Assembly: GCA_043228905.1 (NCBI GenBank)
Contig: JBHGNT010000001.1
Span: 23,808,001 to 23,872,000, forward strand
Length of the DNA: 64,000 nt
Reading direction: 5' to 3'
Source of the DNA: Azolla caroliniana
Taxonomy: Eukaryota > Plantae > Polypodiophyta
Positions 38,995 to 51,443 of this stretch are shown in pieces (position 1 is the stretch's first letter; the number at the start of each line of letters is the position of its first letter). The notes beneath the pieces were generated by a model that saw only the letters and a list, made by a program, of their open reading frames with translations, was not told where the DNA came from and made no database searches. The translations under genes were made by a program, and so were the position numbers.

Positions 38995-39650
38995 GGAGAG
39001 AACCCCGTCAGATTGAACAGTTACCGATGATGCTTGAAACGCACATAGAAGGCACTTGAGAATAGAGTGGCATAGAGAAGAGAACCCCGTCAGATTGAAC
39101 AGTTACCAATGATGCTTGAAACGCACAGTAGCGGCCCCTGAGTGAGAGTGGAAAAGAGAAGAGAACCCCGTCAGATTGAATAGCTCTTTGATTATGCTTG
39201 GAACGCACAGTAGCAACCCCTGAGTGTAGAGTGGCAAAGAGAAGAGAACCCCGTCAGATTGAACAGCTCTTTGATGATGCTTGGAACGCACAGCAGCGGC
39301 CCCTGAGTGTAGAGTGGCACAGAGAAGAGAACCCCCTCAGATTGAACAACTCTTTGATGATGCTTGGAACGCACAGTAATGGCCCCTGAGTGTAGAGTGG
39401 CACAGAGAAGAGAACCCCCTCAGATTGAACAGCTCTTTGATGATGCTTGGAACGCACAGTAATGGCCCCTGAGTGTAGAGTGGCACAGAGAAGAGAACCC
39501 CGTCAGATTGAACAGCTCTTTGATGATGCTTGGAATGCACAGTAGTGGCCCCTGAGTGTAGAGTGTCACAGAGAAGAGAACCCCATCAGATTGAGCAGCT
39601 CTTTGATGATGCTTGGAACGCACAGTAGCGGCCCCTCAGTGTAGAGTGGC
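38995..39650. repeat. ~83-bp tandem repeat, about 8 copies, upstream of the transposase
   Basis: AGAGAACCCCGTCAGATTGAACAGCTCTTTGATGATGCTTGGAACGCACAG... repeated head to tail. Confidence 0.93.
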
Positions 39651-41343
39651 GGCAGGTGGACTCGATAGGGTTTAGCAACAGTGGTAGCAACTAACCCACA
39701 GTACTCAACTAGAGATGGCCTACGTGATGTGGCAAAGGATCATGCATAATGGACCTAGGAATTCGATATATAATTTATGGTACACATTTATGGTGCACAC
39801 ATCAATTTATGTTGCACATTTATGGCACTCATTTACATATGTAATTAAAACACTCTAGTATTTTCAATGGTAGTTTTTTGCATACTTAATTTATTAATGA
39901 TGGCTTTTTACTAAAATGACTATTTATCAATGGTAGCTTTTTGCATAGCTAATTAGCTATGTCAAGGACATAGCTAATTGTTTCCACTCGCATGCTTTCA
40001 CCCAGAGGTTGTTGCCTCTGTGGCGAGGATCGTGAGCACGAGGTTGTTGCCTCCGTGAACTCACTGTTGTACATTCTAGCATAGTGATAGTTTGCAGCCT
40101 GTGGGCTGCCGTGGTTTTTCCCTTAGTTTGGGTTTTCCACGTAAACATCCTGCGTACTCGTCTCTTCTCTTGTGTCGTGCATTCGTTCCCGTTTTCTGTG
40201 TATGATTTTAAGCTCGGTTGTGGCCGAGCATTGCGCATAAGGAGCGTTGAGTTCTCGTCACTTCCCAACTATACCGTGTCGGTATAACAATCCCCGGTCC
40301 TTCGTGGCACTAACATATCGAAGTATCCGGTGTGCGCACTTAAGTTGCTCGACGGTCGGCTTCTGCATGAACTGGCTGATCACTCTAATTGGGTAACTGA
40401 TTTCAAGTCGAGTGATTGTCAAGTATATGAGGCTTCCGACAATTTGTCGGAACCGTTTCTCATTGCAAGTTGGTCCAGAGTCGGAATGTAGCTTCAGGTT
40501 CCGGTCCAGGGGTGTGGAGATCGGTCCGCATTCCGTCATGCTGAACTTGTATAGCATATTGAACACATAGTGTCTTTGTGAAAGCAATATGCCGTCGAGG
40601 TTCCAGATCACCTCGATCCGGATGAACAGTGACGAGTCGGACTTTGAGGCCACAAAGCCCATCTTACGCAATCAGTGTGTGATCTTCTCTTTCCAAGCTC
40701 AGGGGGCTTGCTTCAGACCGTAAAGTGACTTCTTGAGTCAACACACTACCAACTTTTTCATCTCTGATTGGAAACCGGGGGGTTGGATCATATAGACCCA
40801 TTCTTCAAGGTCGCCTTGAAGAAACACATTCTTCACGTCCATTTGGTGAAGATGCCACCCCCTTGCCGCATCAACAACCAAGACCACACGAACCATCGTC
40901 ATCTTCGCAACGGAGCGAAGATCTCGTCATAGTTGATTCCGTGGGTCTGTGCTTTGTACCGGTTGACCGAACCGTCGACATTGTACATTGTCAGGAATAG
41001 TACTAAAGCAGAGATGGAATTAGTACTAAGAAGAGTAGTACTATTAGTACTAAGAGGACGGGACTGCGTAAGATTCCCGAGAGAGAGGAAGTGAGAAGAG
41101 GAGAGAGAGAGATAGGATGATGACAACAACTCTTATATTATATGAAAGATAAGTACAAATCGGCTAAGAGGCTTAAGACTGGTGTTGAACCAATTTGGTT
41201 CAAAACAATGCCTTGTGCCTCCTTTTATAGTGTTTTTGGGAATAATCCTGAAGCTTCTAGAATGTTCCAGAGAGATCTGGAATATACATCAATTTTCTAT
41301 GATAAAGCATAAATGAAAATAATATCCTACAAATTACAATTCA

Positions 41344-41401
41344 TAGTCTAATGGTAAGAGCTCGACCCATGTAGCATAAGGTCATGGGTTCGTGTCTTTC
41401 C
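41344..41401 (+). other. tRNA-like A-box/B-box module in the LTR (second copy 46582-46639)
   Basis: TAGTCTAATGGTAAGA...GGTCATGGGTTCG; spacing 43 nt. Confidence 0.6.
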
Positions 41402-41423
41402 ATATCATGACACTATCTCCCCC

Positions 41424-44400
41424 TTAAAGACGACGAGTGGAACGAGTCGGCGCTAATTGCGGACCGGGTTTGTCCGGATACTTTCGGTGGAAATCAGCAA
41501 GAAGATCCTGTGCATTGGCAACATGCTCGACGGGTTCCCAAGTACGTTCGCTCAGACTATAACCGAGCCAATCGACCAAGTAATAAAGTTTGTTGCGAAC
41601 AAGTTTGGAATCGAGGATGGCAGCAACTTCATACTCCGGGCCGGCGTCCAACTCCAGCGGGGGCGGCGGTGGTGTCACACGATCGGGAATGGTGTTTGCT
41701 TGATAAGGTTCAAGAAGAGAACAATGGAAAACCGGATGTATCTGAAGCTGCGGAGGGAGATCAAGGTGGAAGGTGACATCATTAATCTTACCCGTAATAC
41801 GGAAGGGACCGAGTCGTCGATAATCCAACTTGTCACATGGTCGAGTAGTCTTGATGTGACGACGTAAGAGCCATACTCGATCTCCGATGGCAAAAGAGGA
41901 GGGAATCCGATGACGATCCGCATAAGTCTTCTATGTGTGTTGAGCATGACGAAGGTGAGTAGAGAGATCCATTTGGATCTTGCGTAGCCTTTCCAAATGA
42001 TCCTCGGCACGAGGGTTGGTAGGTAGCTCCGGAGTGTCGATCACCGACCAGCGAGGATGGAAACCGGTATAAGTGAAAAATGGGGAGACCCGAGTCGAGG
42101 AATGAATAGCATTATTATACGCAAACTCCGCAAAGTGGAGAATCTCGGCCCAATCGTCCTATTGATAACTCAAGAAACACCGGAGATATTGCTCTAGCAT
42201 TTGGTTTGTTCGTTCCGCCTGCCTGTCGGTTTGAGGATGGTAGCCGGAGGAGAGGTTGCAGGAGACCTTGAGCATCTTGAAGAGATGCTGCCAAAATTTG
42301 GAGACAAATTGCGGGCCTCGGTCACTGATAATACTGTCTGGGAGGCCATGATGCCGAAATACCTCACGCATAACAAGAGCGGCGGTTTCCTCGCTAGTGA
42401 TGGCTTTAGTACACAGCACAAAATGTGCCATCTTCATATATCGATCGACGACGGTTAGGATAGCATCGAACCCCTTCGAGACCAGCAGATCTGTGATAAA
42501 ATCAAGACAAATAGACTGCCACGGCTTACTTGGAATTGGTAAGGGTTCCAATAAGCCATATGGATGGTGTCGTGGCATTTTTGCTCGGCAATAAGCATCA
42601 CAGGTCTGAACGTAGTCGTCGAAAAAACGGCGCATGTGGGGCCACCAAAAAGATCGCTGCACTAGCTCCAACATCTTAGTACTACCGAAATGTCCCGCCG
42701 TATGGGTGTCGTGACAATGTTGGACGATTTGAAGGCAACAGGAGCAATCGGGGACATATACGCGCTTTTTAAAGAATAACAAACCATCATGATATTCGAA
42801 TTGTCGGTAGTCAATACCTGGTTGTTGAGACTGAGAACAGGATGCCCGAGAAGTATCAATGTGCGCCAGGATGTCTTGAGCAAAACTATCCGTCTTCAAG
42901 GTTGCACGTATGTCATCAGTAATCCGTGAATCCATTGGGGTGGGAAAAATCCGCGACGTGTGCAATCGTGTTGGTCCCAAGCTTACTTGCTTTTGATTAT
43001 CAAATGTTGCGTCACCAGGACAAGGTGCAAGATATGAACGCCCTGATAGTGCATCTGCTTTTCCTTGCTGCTTCCCCGGTCGATATGTGATTTTGAAGTC
43101 GAAACGCGTGAGGAATTGCGCCCATCGAGCTTGCCGTCGATTTAGTACGCGAGCGTTCTGAAAATAAGCAAGATTTTTATGATCGCTAAAGACAATGACC
43201 TGATGTGGAGAGCCCTCTAAGAAATGCCGCCATTGTACAAATGAATCCACGATGGCTAATAACTCCTTGTCATGTATTTCGTAGTTGATTTCTGCGACAT
43301 CGAATTTGCGCGAATGGAAAGCCACCGGATGCAACTCTTCTTTATCGCCTTGTTGAGAAAGGATGCTACCGAGGGCGAAATCTGATGCGTCGGCCTCCAT
43401 GATGAATGGTTTGCTTGTATCCACATGAGCTAGAATCGATGCTGATGTAAAGGCTTTCTTAAGATGCCGAAAAGCCATATCTGCTTCTATGGACCAAAGA
43501 AATGCGTGGCCCTTCTTTGTAAGTTGTGTGAGAGGTAAAATAATCTTCGAGTAATCCTATATAAACTTACGGTAGAAGTTAGCAAAACCTAGAAAACATT
43601 GTACATCTCGTACCGACCGTGGAATTTGCCACTCTAGTATAGTTTGGATTTTAGCTGGATCCATGGCGACGCCCTTTGAGGAGATGACGTAGCCTAGAAA
43701 TTCCACTTGCTTGCAGTCAAAGCTACATTTTTCTAGCTTGGCATAAAGACCATTCTCGCGGAGTCGCTTTAGTTCTAATAGTACATGAGAATTGTGCTCT
43801 TCCTGGGTCTTCGAATAAATCAATAGATCATCCAGATAAATGATCAAACAGATATCCAAGAGGTCTCTGAATATATCATTTGCCATGTGTTGGAAGACTA
43901 CGGGTGCATTGGTTAGGCCAAACGGCATAACAGTATACTCGAAATGCCCATACCGCGTGCGAAAGGCGGTCTTCCACTCATCTCCCGGTCGGATCCGCAC
44001 GAGGTTATATGCTCCTCGTAGGTCGATTTTAGTAAAAAACTTGGCACCATTAACTCGCTCTAAAAGACTTGATATAAGAGGAAGTGCATACCTATTCCGA
44101 ATGGTGACTTTATTCAATCCGCGGTAATCAACGACAAGATAAAGTGAGCCATCTTTCTTCTTGACAAAGAAGATGGGTGCACCGGCCGGAGATTTCGAAT
44201 GGCGGATGAACCCGCTTGCCAAGTTCTCCTCTATGTAGGCTCGAAGGACTTCTAACTCGGTGGGTGACAAGTTGTAAATTGGTCCCCATGGTGGCTCGGT
44301 TCCTGGTTGTAAATCGATGGGACAGTCATAGGGACGGTGATGAGGAAGGGTACCAGCTTTTACCTTGTCAAATACATCGGCATAAGGATGATATTTTGGT

Positions 44401-44995
44401 GGAAGTTGTACTGAGGAGTCCTTCTTAATAGTGTTGGAAGGATGTACTTATATTGCAAATAGGAACATTGCCTCCTTGGGTCCTTCTTCGCGTAGTTGAT
44501 GGAGTGAAATGGTCGAAACTTGGTGAGTTGATTCTTGGGGTGGTCGATATCAGACTTCTCTTGTTCTCCAATCTATGGCTGGATTATGTAATTCAAACCA
44601 AGGTAATCCTAGACAATGGGATGCTCTGGACTACTAATTATATTAAATGATATTACACACACAAAACTACCTAGGACAACTTGAATGGGTTCTGATTCTT
44701 CTACAATATTCCCGGAAGCAATGGGACGACCATCAATGACTACTACAGATGCGGGACAAGGAAGTTTTCTTAAGGATATCCGAAAAGCTTGGGCAAAATT
44801 TCGATCCAGTAAACCGGAATTAGCTCTGGAATCTAAAAGTGCTAGGACGGGTACTGGGGGAGTACTTTTAGTACTAACAATGACTTGGGCTAGGAACACA
44901 TTGCTAACTTGCTTTGAAGGAATGGAACCACTAATGGGCTGTACAGATCTAGGGCTGCTGTCCAACCAAACGGCTCCTATTTTGGCTAGACTCAA
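41424..44995 (-). pseudogene. pol: gypsy pol: protease, RT, RNase H, integrase, chromodomain
   Basis: ALLDSRAN; IYLDDLLI; EADASDFALG; ISDRGPQFVS; YEVAAILDS...YLVDWLGY...TWEP. A few stops and frameshifts. Confidence 0.93.
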
Positions 44996-46149
44996 TCGTT
45001 TAACTCTTCATCTAATTGACTAAGGATTTCAAATTTATTTGAGATACTTGGGCTATTAGTACTATGAATACTATCAAACACTCTATTAGTACTATTAATA
45101 CTATCAGACACTCCTAAGGGAAGAATTGACTCGGGTTTAGTACAGGCTACAATTTGATTTACCTGTCTTCTTGGCCTATGGGGACAATTGATTGCAATAT
45201 GCCCTGGTCCACCGCAATAAAGACATAATCGATTTGCACGTCGTCGTTGCTTTTCTTCTTCCGATAACGGGCCGCGTCGACACATGGTATCAATCTCCAT
45301 CGGTGTCGAAGTATTTGCTTGAGGTATGTCTCGTGCAAACGGTCTAGCCGTGACTGCGGCGTAAGTGGGCTCCGGCCTAGTGTGTGGTATCTGTAATTGA
45401 CGTTCCGAACGCCGTTCGAAGAGGCGGTTGTCACATCGGACCGCTCGACTGATTGCCTCCGTAAGAGACTTTGGTTCTTCGGGGAAGGTTAGAAGTAGAT
45501 CTTTGACATCATTTCATAGGCCATAGCGAAACTGCTCCATTAGTGCTTGATCATCCCAAGGTATGTCGGAAGCGAGTAGGCGGAAATCCGCCGCGTAGGC
45601 AGAGGCTGGACGATCGCCTTGACGCAATCGCCGGATCTTGTTGATCGCCGTCCTGATGCTGTCGGTGTCTCCAAAGCAGGCTTTGAACTCACTAATAAAA
45701 TCTTCAAAGTTATTAAGCAAGGGCGATTGTTTTTCTAGAAGCGGAGCGAACCATGCTAAGGTTGAGCCGCTAAGCAACGTGCCTATTAAGCCGACTCAGG
45801 ATGCATCAGTGGGGTATCGGGAAGGATGCATTTGGAGTACTAATCGTACTTGATTAAGAAATCCCCTGAATTGCGATCGCGTTCCATCAAATTTCACAAG
45901 AAGTTCAATCTTCGGCTCTTTATGAAATCCTTGGGGACTTGATCCTTGTTGTTGCAATGCCGCTTCGAGTTGTTGCACCCGTAACGCTAACTCCCCATGT
46001 TGTTGCTGCATTTGTTGCTTTTCTAGAGCGATTTGTTGCAGATCCCCTATCAGCCGTTGGTTTTCTTGTTCTAGGGCAACAAACTTTTCTTTTAGGCACT
46101 GTAACTCGGAGAAAACGGATTGATATTCTTGGGCGCTAACAGTAGCCAT
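44992..46149 (-). pseudogene. gag: Tcn1/sushi-type gag
   Basis: KFDGTRSQFRGFLNQ; LRQGDRPASAYAADF; RRANRLCLYCGGPGHIAINC. Two in-frame stops. Confidence 0.9.
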
Positions 46150-49100
46150 AGTAGAGGGAAAAGGGTAGGAGGATGAGGGAGAACGACAAGTAGGCTAGAG
46201 GAAAGAGGGGGAAAATTGGTTCAAACTGTCAGGAATAATACTAAAGCAGAGATGGAATTAGTACTAAGAAGAGTAGTACTATTAGTACTAAGAGGACGTG
46301 ACTGCGTAAGATTCCCGAGAGAGAGTAAGTGAGAAGAGGAGAGAGAGAGATAGGATGATGACAACAGCTCTTATATTATATGAAAGATAAGTACAAATCG
46401 GCTAAGAGGCTTAAGACTGGTGTTGAACCAATTTGGTTCAAAACAATGCCTTGTGCCTCCTTTTATAGTGTTTTTGGGAATAATCCTGAAGCTTCTAGAA
46501 TGTTCCAGAGAGATCTGGAATATACATCAATTTTCTATGATAAAGCATAAATGAAAATAATATCTTACAAATTACAATTCATAGTCTAATGGTAAGAGCT
46601 CGACCCATGTAGCATAAGGTCATGGGTTCGCGTCTTGCCATATCATGACATACATCACCTTATACCCACTTATATATGATCAGTTTACACTGTCGGGGAG
46701 GGTCAACCAGGTCCCATGTGTCATTGGTATCAAGTGCCCACATTTCTTCCTCCATAGCAACACACCAATTTGCGTCTTTTGCTGCTTCTGCGTACAACTC
46801 TCCGGCTCACGCACTTCAACCACCTTAGTCATGTATGCATATTGATGCACCATGTACTCATTATACCTTTACCTCTTGACAGGGTTCTTTTGGCGGGTTG
46901 ACCGGTTTGGAGAGCACGGTAGAGTCTCCATTACTCGCCGGTTCTTCATCTGATTGGTCATCCCGACTCAGCCGCTCATTCAGCCCACTTCGCCGGAATG
47001 AGATCGGACTCTCATCTAGAGTACCGAATTCTTCATCTTTTGCCTAGAACTCTTCGGGCTCACTAGCCTCATCTTTAGGAATCGGGTCGGAGTCGGAAGT
47101 TGGAGTCGGTAGAGAGTACCATTATGCCGGTTCATCAAACTTGACATCTGGGCTTACTCAGACCTGTTTAGTTTGGGGGTTATAACACTTATACCCCTTC
47201 TTCTCATGCGAGTAACCGACTAGGATGCACTTCTCTGACTTCGGATCCAGCTTCCTCTGCTTCTCATCCGGTACATGCACATATGCTATGCTACTGAAGA
47301 TCCGAAGGTGCCTCAAATTCGGCTTCTGCCTGAAATACAACTCTGTGCTGACACCTTGTCACCGATCCGATTTTGGATGTAGATGGTCGTCCGGACCCCT
47401 CAGCCTAGTAGAATTTGGGCATGCTCTTCTCCTCTAGCATTTCCCGTGTCGCGTCGACAATCGACCAGTTCTTTCTCTCGGCCACACTGTTTTGTTCCGG
47501 TGTGTATCAGTAGCTGAATTCTCTCCGAATTCCGTTCTGCTGCAGATAACTGTTGAATTGGCCGGAAAAGTATTCTTTTCCGCCATCCAACTATAGGCAC
47601 TTTATCTTCCTCTCTGTTTCCCTTTCGACTAAGCTTTGAAGGTTCCAGAAATAGTCGAAGACTTCGCTTTTCTTCTCGATGAAGTAGATCCATGTGTGTC
47701 ATCTATAGCCGTCAATGAAGGAGACGAAATATCGACTCCCACCAAGACTAGCATTTTGTGTCGATCCTCATACATCCGAATGGATTAGGTCGAGATTGTT
47801 ATGGCTCCGGTTTTGTTCAGTGGGGAATGGAAGCCGGTGTTGCTTCCCAAGTTGGCAGGCTTCACATATTTGGGCCTTGGGGCCACTAAACTTCAGCAAT
47901 CCAAACACAACCTGTTTTGATTGTAGATCTTGAAGCCACCAGTAGTTGACGTGGCCGATCCGCTTATGCGAGAGATCGATGTTCGATTCAATCTTCTGTC
48001 CTTTGGCAAACACGGCAGTGTCGACGTCATTAGTGTTGAGGAAGAACATCCTTCCTTCTCTGCGCCTTTGCGCAATTATCCGGCCTTCTTCCTTCATTAA
48101 GCACATGAGGTGTGTAAACCACACTTGCATTCCCTAGTCGACTATTTGTCCGACTGATACTAGGTTCTTTGTGATAGTCGGAACGTGTAATACGTTCATT
48201 AGCTTTCCCTTTTCTCTGACATGGCTTAAAGGGACTTCTCTGACATGCACAATTGGGTGAGGGATGTCGTCTCCGGTTTCGACAATCCCCGGCTGTTCTA
48301 GTTTCTCAAAAAATGAGAACCATTCTTCATGGCCCGTCATATGGTTAGATGCTCTGGAATCAACATTGATTGTAAGTTGAAGAAGGACTGTGGCTTCTCC
48401 CGGGTCCAAATTGCCGTCCGGATTGGCGTGTACCATTGTGATAGACCACCGAGAGAGATCTGGACAATCTCGTCTTCTTCCACTATTACGTTGATGGATC
48501 CGAGTGCATTGCAGATCTCCTTAATCTTGGTGGTGTAGTCCGTAACCGACATATCTCTCTGTCGGATGTTGTTTAGCTCTTGCCAGAGCTACAACTTGCG
48601 GGCTGTGGTACTTGTGGCGAAAATCTTTTGTAGATTTTCGCAAGCCTCCTTTGGCGTTTTTGCATCCTTGATGTAGCCAAGCATCTGATCATGCACACAA
48701 GACGTGAGGCAGTACAATACTCGGCTCGCTCCTTGCTCCCATGCCGAGAAGTCTTTGTGTGCCGGCTCCGGTGCTAGCTCGTTAGTTTCTTCCACATAGC
48801 TCCAATATCCATGCCCCAACAGGTACTGGTGCATCTTGTATGACCAATATGCATAGTTGCTCTAGTTGAGCTTTTCTATGGGAAATGAACTTGCCATACC
48901 TCTGTACATCTTTGGTTCTCTTTTGTTCTTCACCAGGTATTAGGGTTTGTCTTCGGAAGCGTCTATCGACTGCAGAGGTTCTCAACCCTCGCGCTCTAAT
49001 ACCATGTAAAAGTTAGCGTGCAGAAGCTTTGACAAACCGGTTTAACCGGATAGAGACAGAGAATAAAAAATATGTTCAATGGAAGCTAGAGATTACTTAG

Positions 49101-49249
49101 CATACACGGGAGAGACAAAGAGAGCATAAACTCAATTTAAAAATAACACTTTGTAACTCTGTACGTACAACGTGCTAAACAACACTATTTATACAAGTCC
49201 TCAAAAGGACTAATAGAAGTACTATGTACTTCAATGGTCATACGAGCGG

Positions 49250-51443
49250 TGTTAACCAATTCTGGGGGAAAACACCTTCGATGAGCCCACAGGCTATCAG
49301 TATCAAGGGGTCGTGTTACGTGGAAGCCTCTTCTACACCGAGAAGATGTTATGGGAACGAGGAGCGTACACAGGCTACAACCCGTTAGACATAGACGTAG
49401 CTCGGTTTACGAGTACGGGGAGAATACACATATGAAGGAACAGTAAGAGCAAGACTTATATTAAATGAGAAAGCTCACAATGATTACAGTACTCGGCTCT
49501 CAGGCGGAAACAGTTTGTGCAGAGCTCAGTGCTACGATATTAATCTTGCTAAATAATCTAGATATCCCCCCTCGAGGTATGCAGATCTCGGTTTATATAG
49601 TTTTCTTCTTTAGACAGAGCTGAGCCATCGGCTGATTGTGAGGGCTAAAAACTCGACTACTCTAGTTCTACCTATTTCCGCACCTACTTTTCTACCTACC
49701 GGCGAGTTTTCATATTCTGTATTTATATTTTTGGCCTATGGACAACACCTAGCACGCCCGTGGGATAGGACTTTGTCCGTTGGACCCACGATTCACAATG
49801 TGGAGGGATAACCACGGATTTTGAAAAAACAAAAAAGTTTACAAAAGTTGCTCATTTATACAAGGGCTTATGGGTTTGTTTTAATCCTCTTCTAATATGC
49901 CGAGGATATCCTGGGGGAGTGGGGTTGGTTTGGCTGCTCGGAAGGTGGGGTTGGTGATGGGGGTTTTGCTGTCGAGTCGGGGATGGTTGTGTCTTCGTGT
50001 GCGCCGCCCTCTGTTGGTTCCAATTCAAGCAAGGTCGTGGTCATAGTTTGTGGCTCAGTTGTGATGTGGGGATTTGTAGGGGCGGGTTCCTCCTGTCTGG
50101 CTTCCATGGTGGTTGGCTCGGGTTCGTGCTCATCGGTCGTGGGAGCTCTGTTAGTCACGGTAGCTAGGCGTTCCTCCTCATAAGCTTCGGCTTCTAAACG
50201 GAACATCATTTTCTTGTCGCTGAATTCCTCTAGAAGTTGTTCGATGGTCGCGGTGTGGTATGCTGCTAAGGTATGATATTCCTCAGTCAAGTCGTCACGG
50301 AGGGTCTGGATGCTGGTGTCGTCCAACTTGTAAAACCCTCGGCCCTCCTTCCTTCGGTTCTCGGCGTCCGCACGTAATATGTGTAGTTTAGTGGCTTGGG
50401 TTGACCATTCCTGCCATACACGGTCGAGCGTTTCCTCGTTCTTCTTGGTGAATTGCTGGCGATACTTGTTGATCAGGATCTTTATTTTAGTATCATCCAT
50501 GCCGATGCTATCTCGGTGAACTTGCACTTCTCCCTTGCGGCCTTGGCATCTTCTTGGCATTTGCGGACGAGGAGCACCAGAGTAGCTTGGTTATCTTTTG
50601 CTTTTGCGGTTACGAGCGCGATTGTCTGCTCGTAATGTTTGTTGTGCTGAGCTACAGTTTCGTCCATTTCTTGTCACCAAGCATCCCGTTGTCATTCCCT
50701 GGCGGCGATGTCCTCTGTTTGCAACTGGTGATAAGCATTGGAAATTTTCGCCCTTTTCTCTTCAGAGATCCTCCACTTTTGCATGTGTTCGTTTGCCAAT
50801 TCTTGTAATGCCCTTTGTTGACGGCGTAATTCCTAGTTGTCTGCGAATAGCTTGCGTTCCCATTGGCTATTCCTCTCTGCTTCTTTGATGACTCGTTCTT
50901 TGGCCTCGGTGATAGAGACCTGAAGGTTCATCAGGTCCTCTCTTTCTTGTCCTTTGAGTGCGGCCGAGCTTTCAACAAGCAATTGCTTAAGGTTAGCTTC
51001 CCGGCCCGTGGCTTGTTACCGTAGTTGGCCAATAATGTTGTTGTGGTTTTGTTCTGCCAACTTGGCCAGAGCGATCTGGGCCTTAAGCTCCTCTCAGTAG
51101 TCATGGAGGGGAGGCCCTGTCTGGGTTGTAGCTTGCTGGTTCCGGGGAGTGGGTTCCCTATCCGTTTGTGTAGATCTTTCCATGACGACAGGTGGTGGTG
51201 GCGTTTGCATGGAAGCATGGCTGGTTTGGGGGTGCGGGCTTTTATCTGCCAGTGACGATGTCTCGTTTGTCTGTACTGAATCCGTCATTGTGCTTGCATC
51301 GACCGTGGCTACCCTAGGGTGAGCTGTGGCGTCGTCGTGTGCTTCGGTAACAGTAGCACTCAGGCTCGGGTTCGGCAGAGGGGCTGGTGGGACATCGTTA
51401 CTCAGGACAGGGAGGCTTAAGGGCGGTTGTTCTTGATATTGTG
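49250..51443 (-). mobile_element. 3' part of a gypsy-type element with an extra coiled-coil ORF
   Basis: LTR 49250-49747 (TGTT..AACA) inserted in the copia LTR; LTR-adjacent motif shared with 2653-2695; frameshifted ORFs at 49892-51443. Confidence 0.6.

Larger units (their letters stand above)
28419..40003 (-). mobile_element. Sola2-like DDD cut-and-paste DNA transposon with accessory gene
   Basis: 25-bp TIRs GGGT(A/G)AAAGCATGCGAGTGGAAACA (28419-28443 / 39979-40003); 4-bp TSD AGAG, single-copy in the sister LTR at ~13056; transposase motifs present. Confidence 0.88.
27968..40260 (+). mobile_element. solo LTR (~700 bp, related to family A) split by a DNA transposon
   Basis: TG..CA ends, TSD CTTCC (27963-27967 / 40261-40265); four 54-bp tandem repeats at ~28003-28225. 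Confidence 0.85.
40989..46650 (-). mobile_element. Tcn1-like Ty3/gypsy chromovirus, full-length, young
   Basis: 424-bp LTRs 40989-41412 and 46227-46650 (about 7 mismatches by eye), TSD TACAT, PPT at 41413-41428, no tRNA PBS. Confidence 0.93.
26438..49249 (-). mobile_element. Ty1/copia element (family C), heavily nested
   Basis: 3' LTR 26438-26898, PPT 26899-26910, 5' LTR 49005-49249 (cut by an insertion), PBS 48993-49004. gag ~48340-48900, integrase ~47160-48130, RT 40258-40980, RNase H 27540-27960. Confidence 0.88.

Noticed and set aside
39008-39623. Series of similar 60-67 aa ORFs
   Set aside because: By-products of the 83-bp repeat. Likewise most short ORFs antisense to gag/pol in the track are shadow frames.
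38995-39650. CRISPR-like regular repeat
   Set aside because: Units are head-to-tail with no unique spacers, no cas genes, and the context is eukaryotic. The same applies to the 54-bp repeats at 28003-28225.
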